Positions 1 to 10,771 of a stretch of DNA of 64,000 bases are shown piece after piece. The notes beneath the pieces are model-generated. The model did no database searches and was not told where the DNA came from. It worked only from the letters and a program-made list of their open reading frames with translations. The stretch spans positions 6,186 to 70,185 of the forward strand of contig JAQICV010000077.1 in NCBI GenBank assembly GCA_027858315.1, in the 5' to 3' direction. The position numbers and the translations under genes are program-made. Positions within the stretch are counted from its first letter, which is position 1. Each line of letters opens with the position of its first letter. This DNA comes from Candidatus Woesearchaeota archaeon (GTDB lineage: Archaea > Nanobdellota > Nanobdellia > Woesearchaeales > UBA583).

Positions 1-53
1 AGTAAAATTCCCACATAATTACTTTAAATTAATTGATAATTATTATATAGGAG

Positions 54-428
54 TTAAATAGTCACAAGTATATTCTCAACTTCTTTTTTTAGATATTTAT
101 AATCAGAATTTCCAAAAGGAATACCTATTATTTTAACTAGTTTTACTTGACCAGTTTCTTGCATCAATTTAAGATAAAAACCTAAGTCTAAATCATGACA
201 AGTTAGAGAATTTGCAAGTACTAAATCATCTATTTTGTCTATTAACTTTACTTTTTTTAAACCCTTTACAACATCTAGAATTATCAATTCCTCACTTGCA
301 TTTAAAATCTCATTTGGTGACTCTGCATGAATGAATTCGAAGTCCTTTGTTTGAATTATTTTTGCTAGTTCTTTTGCTACTTCATCACCTTCAAAAAATT
401 CATTTCCAAATACAAATATCTTTCTCAT
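54..428 (-). CDS. hydrogenase maturation protease (HycI/HybD family)
   Basis: 124 aa ORF with an N-terminal 'IFVFGNE..GDE' motif and a later 'IILDVV' motif typical of hydrogenase C-terminal processing proteases. It sits in the hyp cluster. Confidence 0.5.
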   Translation of the reverse strand: MRKIFVFGNEFFEGDEVAKELAKIIQTKDFEFIHAESPNEILNASEELIILDVVKGLKKVKLIDKIDDLVLANSLTCHDLDLGFYLKLMQETGQVKLVKIIGIPFGNSDYKYLKKEVENILVTI

Positions 429-429
429 T

Positions 430-1059
430 TTATAATATAAATAAACCTTCTATAATTCCTACTTCGTAAATTAAAATAATACCTACTAAAATACTTAAAA
501 TTCCAGCAATTTTTGGAGTCCAATTATTACTTGAAATTTTATTAAATAGAAAGTATAGAACTAAACTTACACAAAACATTCCTATCATTGAACCAAATCC
601 AAAGATCAAGATATAAATTAAACCTTCTAAATTATTTTGAATGGATGTCAAAATTAAAAGTATTAAAGCTGCACTTCCTGCAAGACCATGAATCATTCCA
701 ATTCCTAAAGATTTTTTATTTGTATCAATTGATTTTAGTCCTAATTCTAATTTTTTATGAAATGAACCAAGTCCTAAAATTATTAACATAATACCAACAC
801 AAAATTCTAAAAACAATGCTAGAGTTTGTGGAAGAGTAATATTTAAGATTAAAACTAAAAATCCTACAAAAAATAAGGTTATAGTGTGTCCTACTCCCCA
901 AATTATTCCAAGTTTTAACGAATTAAAAATACTTTTCGAACTTGCAAGTAATGTATTTACTGCGACTATATGATCTGCATCAAAAGCGTGTTTTATTCCG
1001 ATAAGAAATCCTATTCCTAAAAATAAAAAAAATTCCATTAGAAAAAATATATCAATCAT
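430..1059 (-). CDS. NicO-family nickel/cobalt transporter
   Basis: 209 aa polytopic membrane protein carrying the 'HAFDADH' signature of the NiCoT/NicO family. It is adjacent to the hyp genes. Confidence 0.55.
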   Translation of the reverse strand: MIDIFFLMEFFLFLGIGFLIGIKHAFDADHIVAVNTLLASSKSIFNSLKLGIIWGVGHTITLFFVGFLVLILNITLPQTLALFLEFCVGIMLIILGLGSFHKKLELGLKSIDTNKKSLGIGMIHGLAGSAALILLILTSIQNNLEGLIYILIFGFGSMIGMFCVSLVLYFLFNKISSNNWTPKIAGILSILVGIILIYEVGIIEGLFIL

Positions 1060-1191
1060 TTTTATAAACTTTTTCTAAAATAAAAAATAAATAAAAATCT
1101 TAAAATCATAATCAATTTAGAATTTAGAACAATAAATATTTAATAAATTGAAACATTTATAATCCATTACAAGGTCTTTCTAGATACTCAC

Positions 1192-1207
1192 AAAGTTTTA
1201 TAAAAAT
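1192..1207 (+). promoter_or_regulatory. TATA-like box upstream of hypF
   Basis: 'agttttataaaaattg' lies about 25-35 nt upstream of the ATG at 1229, consistent with an archaeal TATA box and a leaderless mRNA. Confidence 0.3.
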
Positions 1208-1228
1208 TGTAAATAATTATATATTAAG

Positions 1229-3415
1229 TTGTATAGAATTAGAGTTTTTGGGATTGTGCAAGGTGTAGGATTTAGACCTTTTATTTATAATGAAGCTATA
1301 AAAAACAATATAAAAGGAACAGTTCAAAACACTGGAGATGGTGTTGAAATTATTTGTAATAATAAAGAATCAATATTAAGGATTTTGAAAACACCTCCAA
1401 AGCTTTCAAAAATTGAAAAAATAAAAATTGAAGAAGTTTTAAATTTGCCTGATTTTAAAGATTTTAAAATACTTGAAAGTGAAACTAGTAATTCTTACTC
1501 TCCAATTCCTGCTGATTTAAATTTATGTTCAGATTGCATTAAAGAAATGTTTGAAGTGAATAATCAAAGGTATAAATATTTTTTCATTTCATGTATTAAT
1601 TGTGGACCGAGATATTCTATAATAAAATCAACACCATATGACAGGAAGAAAACTACTCTAGATTTTTTTAATATTTGTAAGTTTTGTAATGAAGAATTTA
1701 AAGACCCTACAAATAGAAGATTCCATGCACAAACAATTGCATGTCCTGATTGTGGACCTCAACTTTCTTTGTACAAAAATGGAATTAAGATTGAAGGTAG
1801 TTGCCCAATAGAAGAAGTAGCTAAATTAATTAATAAAAATGAAGTTGTTGCTATTAAAGGAATAGGAGGATTTCACCTTGCTTGCTCAATTGAAGATGAA
1901 GCAATTTTAAGATTGAAGAAAATAACTCAAAGATTCCATAAGCCTTTTGCACTTATGGTAAAAAATGTTGCAATGATTGAGGGGTATGCAAAAATTAGTA
2001 AAAATGGACTTGAGCTTTTACAATCAAAAGAGAGGCCAATTGTTCTTCTTGAAAAGAAAGACTCAAATATTCTAAAAGAGATAAGTGAATTATCTAGTCT
2101 AGGTTTTATGCTACCTTATTCAGGAGTTCATTATTTATTATTTGAACATCTTGATTCTCCTATTGTTTTAACATCATCTAATTTGCCATCTTTCCCAATT
2201 ACCACTAAAAAAGAAGAGCAATTTACAGATTATGTCTTAGATTATAATCGAGATATTTCAAATAGTGTTGATGACTCAATTATTAAAGTAATTGGAAATG
2301 AAAAACTGATAATAAGGAGAAGTAGAGGATTTGCACCAAATGAGATTGAAATTCCTAAGAACTATCTAAATTTTTCAGAAGATATTTTAAGTGTGGGAGC
2401 TGAACTGAAGAATACTTTTTGTATTAAAAAAAATGATAAATTAATTCTCTCAGAACATATTGGAAATACTTATAATTTGGAAAATTTTGAAAACTTCAAA
2501 TCTAGAATTTTTAAGTTAATGGAATTTACAAAGTCCACCCCAAAAATAATTTTGAGAGACTCAAATGTAAACTTTAATACTTCACAATTTGCAGAAGAAT
2601 TTTCAAAAGAGAAAAATATTGAACTATTCAATATTCAGCACCATATTGCTCATGGTTTTTCTGTTGCACTTGAACATGATTTGAAAGATTTTTTAGCTAT
2701 TGTTTGTGATGGTTTAGGGCTTGGAGAGGATGGGACTGCTTGGGGAGGAGAAGTATTTCATAATGATAAAAGAATTGGACATTTAGAATATCAAAGTTTG
2801 GTTGGTGGCGAGATAGCAAATAAAGAACCTAGGAGAATCTTAGTTGGGATTTTAGCTAAATTTATGAAACTTAATGAGATTGAAAAAATATTAGGTGAGA
2901 GTTTAGAAATTAAAACTTATTTTGAACAAAAAAAACAAAATTTTAATTGTGTTGAAACTTCAAGTGTTGGAAGAATCCTAGATTGTGTTTCTGTTCTTTT
3001 AGGATTCTCAGATAAGAACTATTATGAAGGTCGAGGCGCTATGCTTCTTGAGTCAAATTCTAGTTCAAAAATTAAATTATTTTTTGAACCAATTATTGAA
3101 AAAGAAAATAATTTATTTATTTTGAAAACTACTCCACTATTTGAATTCATCAAAAATAATCTTGATAAAATATCAAGAGAAGAACTTGCTCGTTTCGCGC
3201 AGATTTATATTGCAAAAGGATTATTTGAGATTGCGAAAAAATATGATGAAAAATTGCCAGTAGTTTTTAGTGGAGGGGTTGCATATAATGAAATAATAAC
3301 CTCATTTATGATTAAGAATAAAGTATTGTTAAATAAAGATATTCCTTGTGGTGATGGAGGAATTAGCGCAGGACAAATTGCATACTTTTTATGGAAAGAG
3401 AAAAATAAAAATTAA
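1229..3415 (+). CDS. hypF: [NiFe]-hydrogenase maturation carbamoyltransferase HypF
   Basis: 728 aa ORF with an acylphosphatase-like N-terminus (VQGVGFRPF), two CxxC-x18-CxxC zinc fingers, and YrdC-like and Kae1-like domains. Confidence 0.9.
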   Translation: MYRIRVFGIVQGVGFRPFIYNEAIKNNIKGTVQNTGDGVEIICNNKESILRILKTPPKLSKIEKIKIEEVLNLPDFKDFKILESETSNSYSPIPADLNLCSDCIKEMFEVNNQRYKYFFISCINCGPRYSIIKSTPYDRKKTTLDFFNICKFCNEEFKDPTNRRFHAQTIACPDCGPQLSLYKNGIKIEGSCPIEEVAKLINKNEVVAIKGIGGFHLACSIEDEAILRLKKITQRFHKPFALMVKNVAMIEGYAKISKNGLELLQSKERPIVLLEKKDSNILKEISELSSLGFMLPYSGVHYLLFEHLDSPIVLTSSNLPSFPITTKKEEQFTDYVLDYNRDISNSVDDSIIKVIGNEKLIIRRSRGFAPNEIEIPKNYLNFSEDILSVGAELKNTFCIKKNDKLILSEHIGNTYNLENFENFKSRIFKLMEFTKSTPKIILRDSNVNFNTSQFAEEFSKEKNIELFNIQHHIAHGFSVALEHDLKDFLAIVCDGLGLGEDGTAWGGEVFHNDKRIGHLEYQSLVGGEIANKEPRRILVGILAKFMKLNEIEKILGESLEIKTYFEQKKQNFNCVETSSVGRILDCVSVLLGFSDKNYYEGRGAMLLESNSSSKIKLFFEPIIEKENNLFILKTTPLFEFIKNNLDKISREELARFAQIYIAKGLFEIAKKYDEKLPVVFSGGVAYNEIITSFMIKNKVLLNKDIPCGDGGISAGQIAYFLWKEKNKN

Positions 3416-4401
3416 CAAATTCTAGGAACTATTTTTCCTGAAGGCATTTGAAGAATTCTTGAACCTAAAGATGTTTTTAAAATTACTTTTCCTTGCTTGT
3501 TTGAAGTAGATTTTACTTCCCCGATTATTTGCGCCATTTCGTTAAACTTTTTTAATTCCTCCAAAACCTTATTTGAATTATTCTTACTTACAATAGTTAT
3601 AATTCTTCCTTCGTTTGCTAACTCTAGAGGATCAAGTCCTAAAAGATTACATGCAGTTCTTACCTCTTTTTTTATAGGAATTTTTGAGTCTTCAAGTTCT
3701 ATCTCGATTCCTTTTTCATTTGATACTTCATTTAGAACTGATGCAATACCTCCTCTAGTTGGATCTTTTGCAAATTTAATTAAGTTTCTAATTTTTTTCA
3801 TTTCAAGATATATTGATTTTGAGTCAGAGATTATTTGTGTTTGAAAATCAAACCTTTGAGACAACAATGCTACAGCATGTTCACCAATACCTCCAGAGAT
3901 TATAATTTTATCTCCAGTTATAATTTCTTCATCTATTATTTTTTTAGTAATACCTACACCTGAAACATTTATTACAATTTTATCTATTGCTCCTTTTTCC
4001 ATAACTTTTGTATCACCAGTTACAATTGGAATTTGTTGTTCTTTTGAGATTTTATTTATTGACCCCATTATTTCATTTAGAGTTTCTATATCAAATCCTT
4101 CTTCGATGATTAAAGACAATGAAAGACCAACCGGGTCAGCGCCCATAACTGCTAAATCATTTATAGTACCACAAATTGCTAGATGACCTATATCTCCTCC
4201 GGGAAATTTTATAGGATTTACTACAAAACTATCAGTTGTAAAACAAAGTGTATCTTTATTTGGAAGTTCAAATGTTGCAGAGTCGTTAGTAAAATTTTCC
4301 CATTTATCTCCTCGGTATAAATTACCTAAAAATGAATTCAATAAATCGTTCATTTCCCTTCCACCATTTCCTTGTTCTAAAGATATATTCTTTTTTTCCA
4401 T
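3412..4401 (-). CDS. hypE: hydrogenase maturation factor HypE
   Basis: 329 aa ORF with the PurM/AIR-synthase-like fold and the HypE-specific C-terminal PRIC motif. Confidence 0.9.
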   Translation of the reverse strand: MEKKNISLEQGNGGREMNDLLNSFLGNLYRGDKWENFTNDSATFELPNKDTLCFTTDSFVVNPIKFPGGDIGHLAICGTINDLAVMGADPVGLSLSLIIEEGFDIETLNEIMGSINKISKEQQIPIVTGDTKVMEKGAIDKIVINVSGVGITKKIIDEEIITGDKIIISGGIGEHAVALLSQRFDFQTQIISDSKSIYLEMKKIRNLIKFAKDPTRGGIASVLNEVSNEKGIEIELEDSKIPIKKEVRTACNLLGLDPLELANEGRIITIVSKNNSNKVLEELKKFNEMAQIIGEVKSTSNKQGKVILKTSLGSRILQMPSGKIVPRIC

Positions 4402-4403
4402 TT

Positions 4404-5411
4404 TTATTTTACATATTTAAACGCAATCCCGCATGCGCCTTCAGTTTCTGAAACCATGCATGCTCCAATTGGATTTTGAGGAGTGCAAACTTTGCCAAAT
4501 AATTTACAGTCTTTTGGTTCACATAATCCTTTAATTATTTCACCACATCTACAAGCAGGGTTTGAAAATGATTTTACATTTTTTAATATGTTTGCATATT
4601 TTATTTTTGCATTGATTTTATCATTTTTTGGTTCAAGACCTGAGTTTTTTAAAATCCCCAAACCTCTCCATTCCGAGTCGATAAGTTTCATGTTATCTCT
4701 TATAATCTTTCTTGCTTTAGGATTACCATCTTCTTTAACAACTTCAGTATAATCATTTATTACCTCATTTTTTCCTTCTTTGATTAGAACTAATAATTTA
4801 TATATTCCTCTTATGATTTGTTCTTTTTTAAAACCTGAGATTACTTGAGGAACTTTTAATTCATCAAATACCTTACTACCAATTATACATGCAACATGTC
4901 CTGGGTCTATGAATCCATCAACCTTTGTTTTTGTAGTTATTTCTCTCATTGGAGGAGGCATAATTTTATGAGCAGAATATACACAAATTCCTTTTTCTAA
5001 AAGATAAGCAGTCATAGGAGTTGTTGTTTCAAAACCAATTCCAAAAAAAACTCTATGTTTATTTTCATCTTTTAACATCTCAGTTGCAGTATAAATCATC
5101 TTCACATCTGCTCCAAGAGATTTTGCTTTTGCAAGCGAGAGTTTAGTTCCTGGAACATGCATCATATCTCCATAAGAAGCAACAGGTATTCCACTATTTG
5201 CTAGAGCTATCATATTATCTATATCTTTTTGTGATGTTACACATACAGGGCATCCTGGCCCAGAGATTAAATGAATATTTTTTGGAAGAATATCTCTTAT
5301 TCCATATTTCATAATAGTATTTGTATGGCCTCCACAAACTTCCATTATAGTTATTGTTCTATTATCGAATTCTTTTGCAATTTCTTCTATTTTTTTTAGG
5401 TAAATATTCAT
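4404..5411 (-). CDS. hypD: hydrogenase maturation factor HypD
   Basis: 335 aa ORF with the CGGHT and GPGCPVC motifs and C-terminal cysteine clusters. Confidence 0.9.
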   Translation of the reverse strand: MNIYLKKIEEIAKEFDNRTITIMEVCGGHTNTIMKYGIRDILPKNIHLISGPGCPVCVTSQKDIDNMIALANSGIPVASYGDMMHVPGTKLSLAKAKSLGADVKMIYTATEMLKDENKHRVFFGIGFETTTPMTAYLLEKGICVYSAHKIMPPPMREITTKTKVDGFIDPGHVACIIGSKVFDELKVPQVISGFKKEQIIRGIYKLLVLIKEGKNEVINDYTEVVKEDGNPKARKIIRDNMKLIDSEWRGLGILKNSGLEPKNDKINAKIKYANILKNVKSFSNPACRCGEIIKGLCEPKDCKLFGKVCTPQNPIGACMVSETEGACGIAFKYVK

Positions 5412-5614
5412 TCTTCATCATATAATAAATTATACATACCTTCTGCTTGTTTCTTATCTACTACTTCAATTGCAAAGCCAACATGAACTAGAACATAATC
5501 ACCAATTTTACATTCTATGAAAGAAACATTTGCCTCTTTTTTTATCCCACCATAATCAATTATGGCATTCTCGCCATTAATTTTTTCAATTTTACCTGGA
5601 AGAGCTAAACACAT
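5408..5614 (-). CDS. hypC: hydrogenase maturation factor HypC
   Basis: 68 aa ORF starting MCLALPGKI. It overlaps the hypD start. Confidence 0.85.
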   Translation of the reverse strand: MCLALPGKIEKINGENAIIDYGGIKKEANVSFIECKIGDYVLVHVGFAIEVVDKKQAEGMYNLLYDEE

Positions 5615-5669
5615 ATATTATTTAAAAAGAATTGAGTATATAAAGTTTTTCCACACGAACCTTGCAGCA

Positions 5670-6856
5670 TTATTCTTTTTTCCAAATATCTTTCATGATT
5701 AATTCTTTTAGATCTTTGTCATTAAAGTATTCACCATTTCTATGATTATATTCTGTTTCAACTTCAACTAAAGAATATGAAATTTTATTATTGATTTTTT
5801 CAATCAGATAACCTTTATTTCCAACTGCTCTAATTAGTGGTGTATCAAAAGGAGTTTTCATTTCATATGTTGTGTGAAGATGACCATCAATTGTAATTTT
5901 TGCTAAAGATGATAGCATTGCTGCAACATAGAGTGTAGGCATTTCATTTGCCTGCCTATCATCACGCCAAGCGCCTTTCCCTATTTGTCCATGTGTTAAA
6001 AATAAATCTAAGTTATCAGTATTATTTGGCATTATTCTTATCCAATCCATATCGTCTTTAATTTCTGATTCTTGAAGTTCTTTGGAAATATTTTTGAACA
6101 GAATTCTTCTATCTTCTCCTCTTTGATGTGAAAACATTTCATTTAATTCTTCTTCAGAATATATCTCTGAAAGAAATGGCAATAGAGCATTCACATTACT
6201 TACTGCGGCAGTTTTAATCCCATTAATATCTAATACTCCTTTTTCTTTTCCTAAATCTGAGATTAGTGATTTATTTTCTAAATATTTTTGAATTAGTTCA
6301 GGAAAATAAATTGGTTCATGGTTGCCATTTAGAAAATATGTTTCTACTTTGTATTTATCTATTAATTCTGCAAGTTTTTTGCATGTTCTTTTATTACTAC
6401 ATTATAGAGCGCTCTTAATTTAATTTTGTGATTTGAAATTATGTATTTTACTTCTTTTTCTATTTTAGAATTTGTATCTTTTAATTTATTTTGAAACTCT
6501 TTAGATTCAATAATTTTTACAATTGAAATAAGTTGCTCTTTAGCCTCTTCTTTTTGCTCTTAAGGTATTTGTTTGAGAAGTAAATCTATTCTTCCACCTG
6601 CTTGAGCAATTTGCTGATATGTTGCATAGGATTGAATTTCCTCAGAGGTTAGTAGTTCATTTGGTTTTTCATTAGTTATTTCATAAGGAAATTTTAAGTC
6701 TAATGATTTAGCAAGTTCTTCAAAATTATAATCACCAATCACATCACCATTTATTACGAATGGAATTTTGTTAATTTTTGCATACTCGAAAAGCTTTTCT
6801 AAAGCTTCCCAATTTGCATGATGATCAGAACTTACAAGAAGTTTGTTTTTATTCAT
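5670..6856 (-). pseudogene. disrupted calcineurin-like metallophosphoesterase (Mre11-like)
   Basis: The N-terminal piece (6560..6856) has the SDHH and GDVIGD motifs. The C-terminal piece has GNHE and GHLH motifs, in an open frame from about 6410 down to 5670. The two pieces are in different frames and separated by stops. Confidence 0.5.
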
Positions 6857-6911
6857 ATTTATTTTTCTAAAAGATTATTTATATTAGTTTGTAAAGAATT
6901 AGAAAAAAGAA

Positions 6912-7280
6912 TTACTCTTCTTCCTTAGCTTCATCTTCATATTCTGAGTCGTACTCTTCATCAACTTCTACTTCTTTTAGAGTTATATCTTTACCATCTA
7001 AAATTGTAGGAAGAGATTGGGCGCATTTAGGACATTCATAAATATTATTATCATGTAATTGTTGTAGAATTTTTGGTTCTCCTGTATATCCACATTTACA
7101 ACTAATAGTTGCTTTTTTTGAAATTACTTCAATTTTCCAATCTGTTAATTTCTCCATTACTTCTTTCATTTCATCTGCGGGAAGATGACCTAAATCTCCT
7201 ACTTCGATTGTTAATGACTTTACTTTTCCATAAGTATTTGCATCAGCAATTATTTTTTGTGCTATTGTTTGTTCATGCAT
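6912..7280 (-). CDS. hypA: hydrogenase nickel-insertion factor HypA
   Basis: The protein starts MHEQTIAQKII and has CxC...CxxC zinc-finger cysteines. The likely start is the internal Met of the 6912..7301 ORF. There is an unusual acidic C-terminal tail. Confidence 0.7.
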   Translation of the reverse strand: MHEQTIAQKIIADANTYGKVKSLTIEVGDLGHLPADEMKEVMEKLTDWKIEVISKKATISCKCGYTGEPKILQQLHDNNIYECPKCAQSLPTILDGKDITLKEVEVDEEYDSEYEDEAKEEE

Positions 7281-7398
7281 AATAGTTTGTAAAAAAAACA
7301 TTATTTAAATCTTTCGAGTAATACTAGACAATAAACAATAATTTTCTACTCCAAAAAGATGAATAAATGTTAATAAGTATATATTATAAAAATTATAT

Positions 7399-9132
7399 AT
7401 GAGTCTAAATAAAATCTCTATTAAAATAGGAGGTCCTGCAGGGTCTGGAGTTTTTACAATTGGTCTTTTGCTTTCGAAATATTTTCAAAGAGCAGGATTA
7501 AATGTTGTATATACTACTGATTATCCCTCTCTAATCAGAGGAGGACATAATACTTGCTGCGTTAGAGCAGAGAATGAAGAAATTAATGCTGAAGTTTTGA
7601 ACCATGATGTTTTAGTTGCACTTGATGATTTAACAATCACTGAAGATTTGAAACAATTAAACAAAGGAGCAGTTTTAATCTGTGATACAAAATCTACTTT
7701 TGAATCAGCAGATTATCAAGTTCTAAAAGTTGATTTTGATAAATTACTTGATGGAATGGATAAAAGATATTTCAATACTATTGCTTTTGGTTGTGTTATT
7801 GGTTTAATGGGTGAGGATGGAGATATGCTGAGAGATGCACTTGCAACTCATTTTAGAAAAAAATCTCAAGAAGTTGTTGAAGAAAATCTGAAAGCTGCTC
7901 AAGTTGGATACGATTTTGCAAAAGAGTTCTGTGTTCAAAATAATACTGGATTTTTAGGAAGAATTACTAAGACACAAAATTCTTTAGGAAATACTGTTTT
8001 TATGTCAGGAAATGATGCTGCTTGTGTTGCTGCTGTTAAAGCTGGAGTTAAATTTGTTGGAGAATATCCAATGACACCTTCTACTTCATTTTTACATTAC
8101 ATGGCTGCTCATGAATTAGATTACAATATTACAACAAAACAAACTGAAGATGAAATTGCTGCAATTAATACGGCAATTGGTGCTAGTGTTGCAGGAGTTA
8201 GGGCAATGACTGCTACTTCAGGTGGAGGTTTTGCATTAATGAATGAAGCTATTGGTTTTGCAGCTATTGCTGAAGCGCCAGTTGTGGTTTTTGAGTGTAT
8301 GAGAGGAGGTCCTTCAACTGGAATTCCTACATATACTGACCAAGGAGATTTGAAATTTGTAATTAATTCATCACAAGGAGAGTTCCCTATGGTTGTTTTA
8401 GCTCCAGGAGATATTGAAGAATGTTTTGAAGAGAGTTTTAATGCATTTAATTTAGCAGATATTTTACAAACACCAGTTATTGTTTTATTAGATAAACATC
8501 TTGCTGCATCTCATTTTACTGCTAAAAGATTTGATACTTCTAAATTAAAAGTAGATAGAGGAAAATACATCAATCTAAGTGATGAAGTTTTAGCTAATAA
8601 TAAAAGACATGAATTTACAGAGGATGGAATCTCAACTAGATTCAATCCAGGTCAACCTGGTGGTATATATACTAGTTCATCTTATGAACATGATGAAACT
8701 GGGTACACTTGTGAAGATTCTGAAAATCATGTAAAAATGATGGAGAAGAGGTTTAAGAAGTATGATGCAATTCCTAAAGAATTGTTAAGACCTAAGATGT
8801 ATGGACCGGAAGATGCTGATTTAACTATTGTTGGTTGGGGATCTACTAAAGGTGTAGCATTAGATGCAATTAAGTACTTGAACTCTGATGGACTTAAAGT
8901 AAACTATATGCATTTTGTATACATCAATCCTTTTGATAATGAAGAAGTTAAGAGTATGCTTGATAGTTGCAAAGATACAATTATTCTAGAAGCAAATTAC
9001 ACTGGACAATTAAGAGATATTATTAGAGAGAAAACTGGTTTCTACATCGAGAAGACTTATTTCAAATATGATGCAAGACCATTTTATTTTCAAGAAGTCT
9101 ACACTAAGATTAAGGAGGTATTGAAAAAATGA
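7399..9132 (+). CDS. 2-oxoacid:ferredoxin oxidoreductase, fused gamma/alpha subunit
   Basis: 577 aa ORF with an N-terminal gamma-like domain and an alpha-subunit transketolase-like domain. It overlaps the beta-subunit gene by 4 nt. Confidence 0.85.
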   Translation: MSLNKISIKIGGPAGSGVFTIGLLLSKYFQRAGLNVVYTTDYPSLIRGGHNTCCVRAENEEINAEVLNHDVLVALDDLTITEDLKQLNKGAVLICDTKSTFESADYQVLKVDFDKLLDGMDKRYFNTIAFGCVIGLMGEDGDMLRDALATHFRKKSQEVVEENLKAAQVGYDFAKEFCVQNNTGFLGRITKTQNSLGNTVFMSGNDAACVAAVKAGVKFVGEYPMTPSTSFLHYMAAHELDYNITTKQTEDEIAAINTAIGASVAGVRAMTATSGGGFALMNEAIGFAAIAEAPVVVFECMRGGPSTGIPTYTDQGDLKFVINSSQGEFPMVVLAPGDIEECFEESFNAFNLADILQTPVIVLLDKHLAASHFTAKRFDTSKLKVDRGKYINLSDEVLANNKRHEFTEDGISTRFNPGQPGGIYTSSSYEHDETGYTCEDSENHVKMMEKRFKKYDAIPKELLRPKMYGPEDADLTIVGWGSTKGVALDAIKYLNSDGLKVNYMHFVYINPFDNEEVKSMLDSCKDTIILEANYTGQLRDIIREKTGFYIEKTYFKYDARPFYFQEVYTKIKEVLKK

Positions 9133-10052
9133 ATGAAGAAATAAAAATTGAAGATGTGAATTTTGTTGGAGGAGATAATCTTAAATTTAGCCTTTTAGAT
9201 TTAGATTCTAAGCATGAGAGTCAATGGTGTCCTGGTTGTGGAAATTATGGTATTGTTATGGCAGTCAAGAATGCAATTCTTAAATTAGGTATTAATCCTA
9301 AGGATGTTCTAATTGTTTCAGGAATTGGTTGCGCTTCTAAGTTCCCTCATTATTTGAAAACTTATGGGATAGAGACTATTCATGGAAGAGCACTTCCAGT
9401 TGCAACTGGAGCTAAACTTGCAAACAAAGATTTACATGTAATTGTTGTTGGTGGAGATGGTGATGGTTATGGTATTGGTATGGGTCATTTAATGCATACT
9501 ATGAGAAGAAATATTAACATTACTTATTTAATTAATAATAATGAGATTTACGCTTTAACTAAAGGTCAAACTTCTCCAACTACACCTAAAGGAAAGAAGA
9601 CTGCTTCAACTCCTAATGGTTCAATTGAGACTCCAGTTAATCCAATGGCTCTAGCTATTGGTGGTGGTGCTACTTTTATTGCAAAGAGTTTTAGTGGTGA
9701 TATTAATCATATGAGCGATACTATTGCTCGAGCAATTGCTCATAAGGGTTTCTCAATTATTGATATTGCGCAAATCTGTGTATCATTTAATCCTTCAATG
9801 AATTTTAAATGGTATAAAGATAGAATTTATAATATTGATGATTTACCTGATTATAATAATAAGAATAAGTCTTGGGGTATGATTCATGCTCTTGAGAGTC
9901 AAGATGATAAGATTGGAATTGGAATATACTATCATAATGATGATGACAGAGAAACCTATATTGATGATCTGCCAGAAGATGAAAAATTATCTCTAGTAAG
10001 ACAAGATATAAATGATATTGACATTGAAAATATCCTTGATAACTACGAGTAG
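9129..10052 (+). CDS. 2-oxoacid:ferredoxin oxidoreductase beta subunit (TPP-binding)
   Basis: 307 aa ORF with the WCPGCGNYG motif and a GDG thiamine-diphosphate-binding motif. Confidence 0.85.
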   Translation: MNEEIKIEDVNFVGGDNLKFSLLDLDSKHESQWCPGCGNYGIVMAVKNAILKLGINPKDVLIVSGIGCASKFPHYLKTYGIETIHGRALPVATGAKLANKDLHVIVVGGDGDGYGIGMGHLMHTMRRNINITYLINNNEIYALTKGQTSPTTPKGKKTASTPNGSIETPVNPMALAIGGGATFIAKSFSGDINHMSDTIARAIAHKGFSIIDIAQICVSFNPSMNFKWYKDRIYNIDDLPDYNNKNKSWGMIHALESQDDKIGIGIYYHNDDDRETYIDDLPEDEKLSLVRQDINDIDIENILDNYE

Positions 10053-10105
10053 AGAAATCTCTTATTTTTCTTAAACTTTTTAAATTCTGAAATATTCTAA
10101 TATAT

Positions 10106-10765
10106 ATGAAGAGAATAAAACTTAAAAAAAGATCACTTTTCCAAATATTTCTAATTATGATTTTATTTTATTTTGCTATAACTTATACTTTTATTAATAA
10201 GAATACAATTGCTGAGCAATTTGAAATTATTAAAGAGAGTGGAGTGTTTTTTGCAAAATCTGCAACCTATAAAGTTCTTGATTTAGAGAATGATAATATA
10301 GGTTATGATAAATCGACATATGAGATTGAACTTTTAGTTTTTGATGAGATTAATGATATTAGAGAAGATAAAGGACTTAATCGTTTAATATGGGACGCTC
10401 AACTTTCAAGACTTGCTAGAGAGCATAGTTTTGATATGGCGCAGTATGATTATTTTAATCATTCCGATTTATTTGGAGATGGACCAACACAGAGAGCAGA
10501 GAGATTAGAGATTAAAATTACAATTGAGACTAAAGATACCATTTATACTGGAATTGGTGAGAATATTGGATATACTCCTAGAGGATTTGTTGATGATTTG
10601 GGTGTAATTATTACAACAAAAGATATTTCCTCAGGCACAATTTATGAATGGATGTTATCTGAACCTCATAAAGAAAATATTCTCAAAGAAGATTATTTGT
10701 ATACAGGTATTGGTGTTGCTTATGATGGAAAAGATGGGTATTTGATTACTCAAAATTTTCAATAA
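10106..10765 (+). CDS. membrane-anchored CAP/SCP/PR-1 domain protein
   Basis: 219 aa ORF with an N-terminal transmembrane helix and CAP-domain motifs (a HSxD-like segment and GENIGY). Confidence 0.5.
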   Translation: MKRIKLKKRSLFQIFLIMILFYFAITYTFINKNTIAEQFEIIKESGVFFAKSATYKVLDLENDNIGYDKSTYEIELLVFDEINDIREDKGLNRLIWDAQLSRLAREHSFDMAQYDYFNHSDLFGDGPTQRAERLEIKITIETKDTIYTGIGENIGYTPRGFVDDLGVIITTKDISSGTIYEWMLSEPHKENILKEDYLYTGIGVAYDGKDGYLITQNFQ

Positions 10766-10771
10766 AAAGAA

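Noticed and set aside
588-791. Short ORFs lying antisense within longer, well-supported genes (e.g. 588..791, 3497..3844, 4483..4752, 12300..12485, 13511..13837, 14001..14201, 15449..15772, 19299..19499, 20770..21096, 23863..24228, 24194..24376, 37588..37923, 42461..42898, 48416..48817, 49212..49508, 51343..51844, 53683..54078, 59661..60059, 62679..62960)
   Set aside because: They are shadow ORFs in an AT-rich genome. Their composition is low-complexity or hydrophobic, none has a motif, and all overlap confidently assigned genes on the opposite strand.
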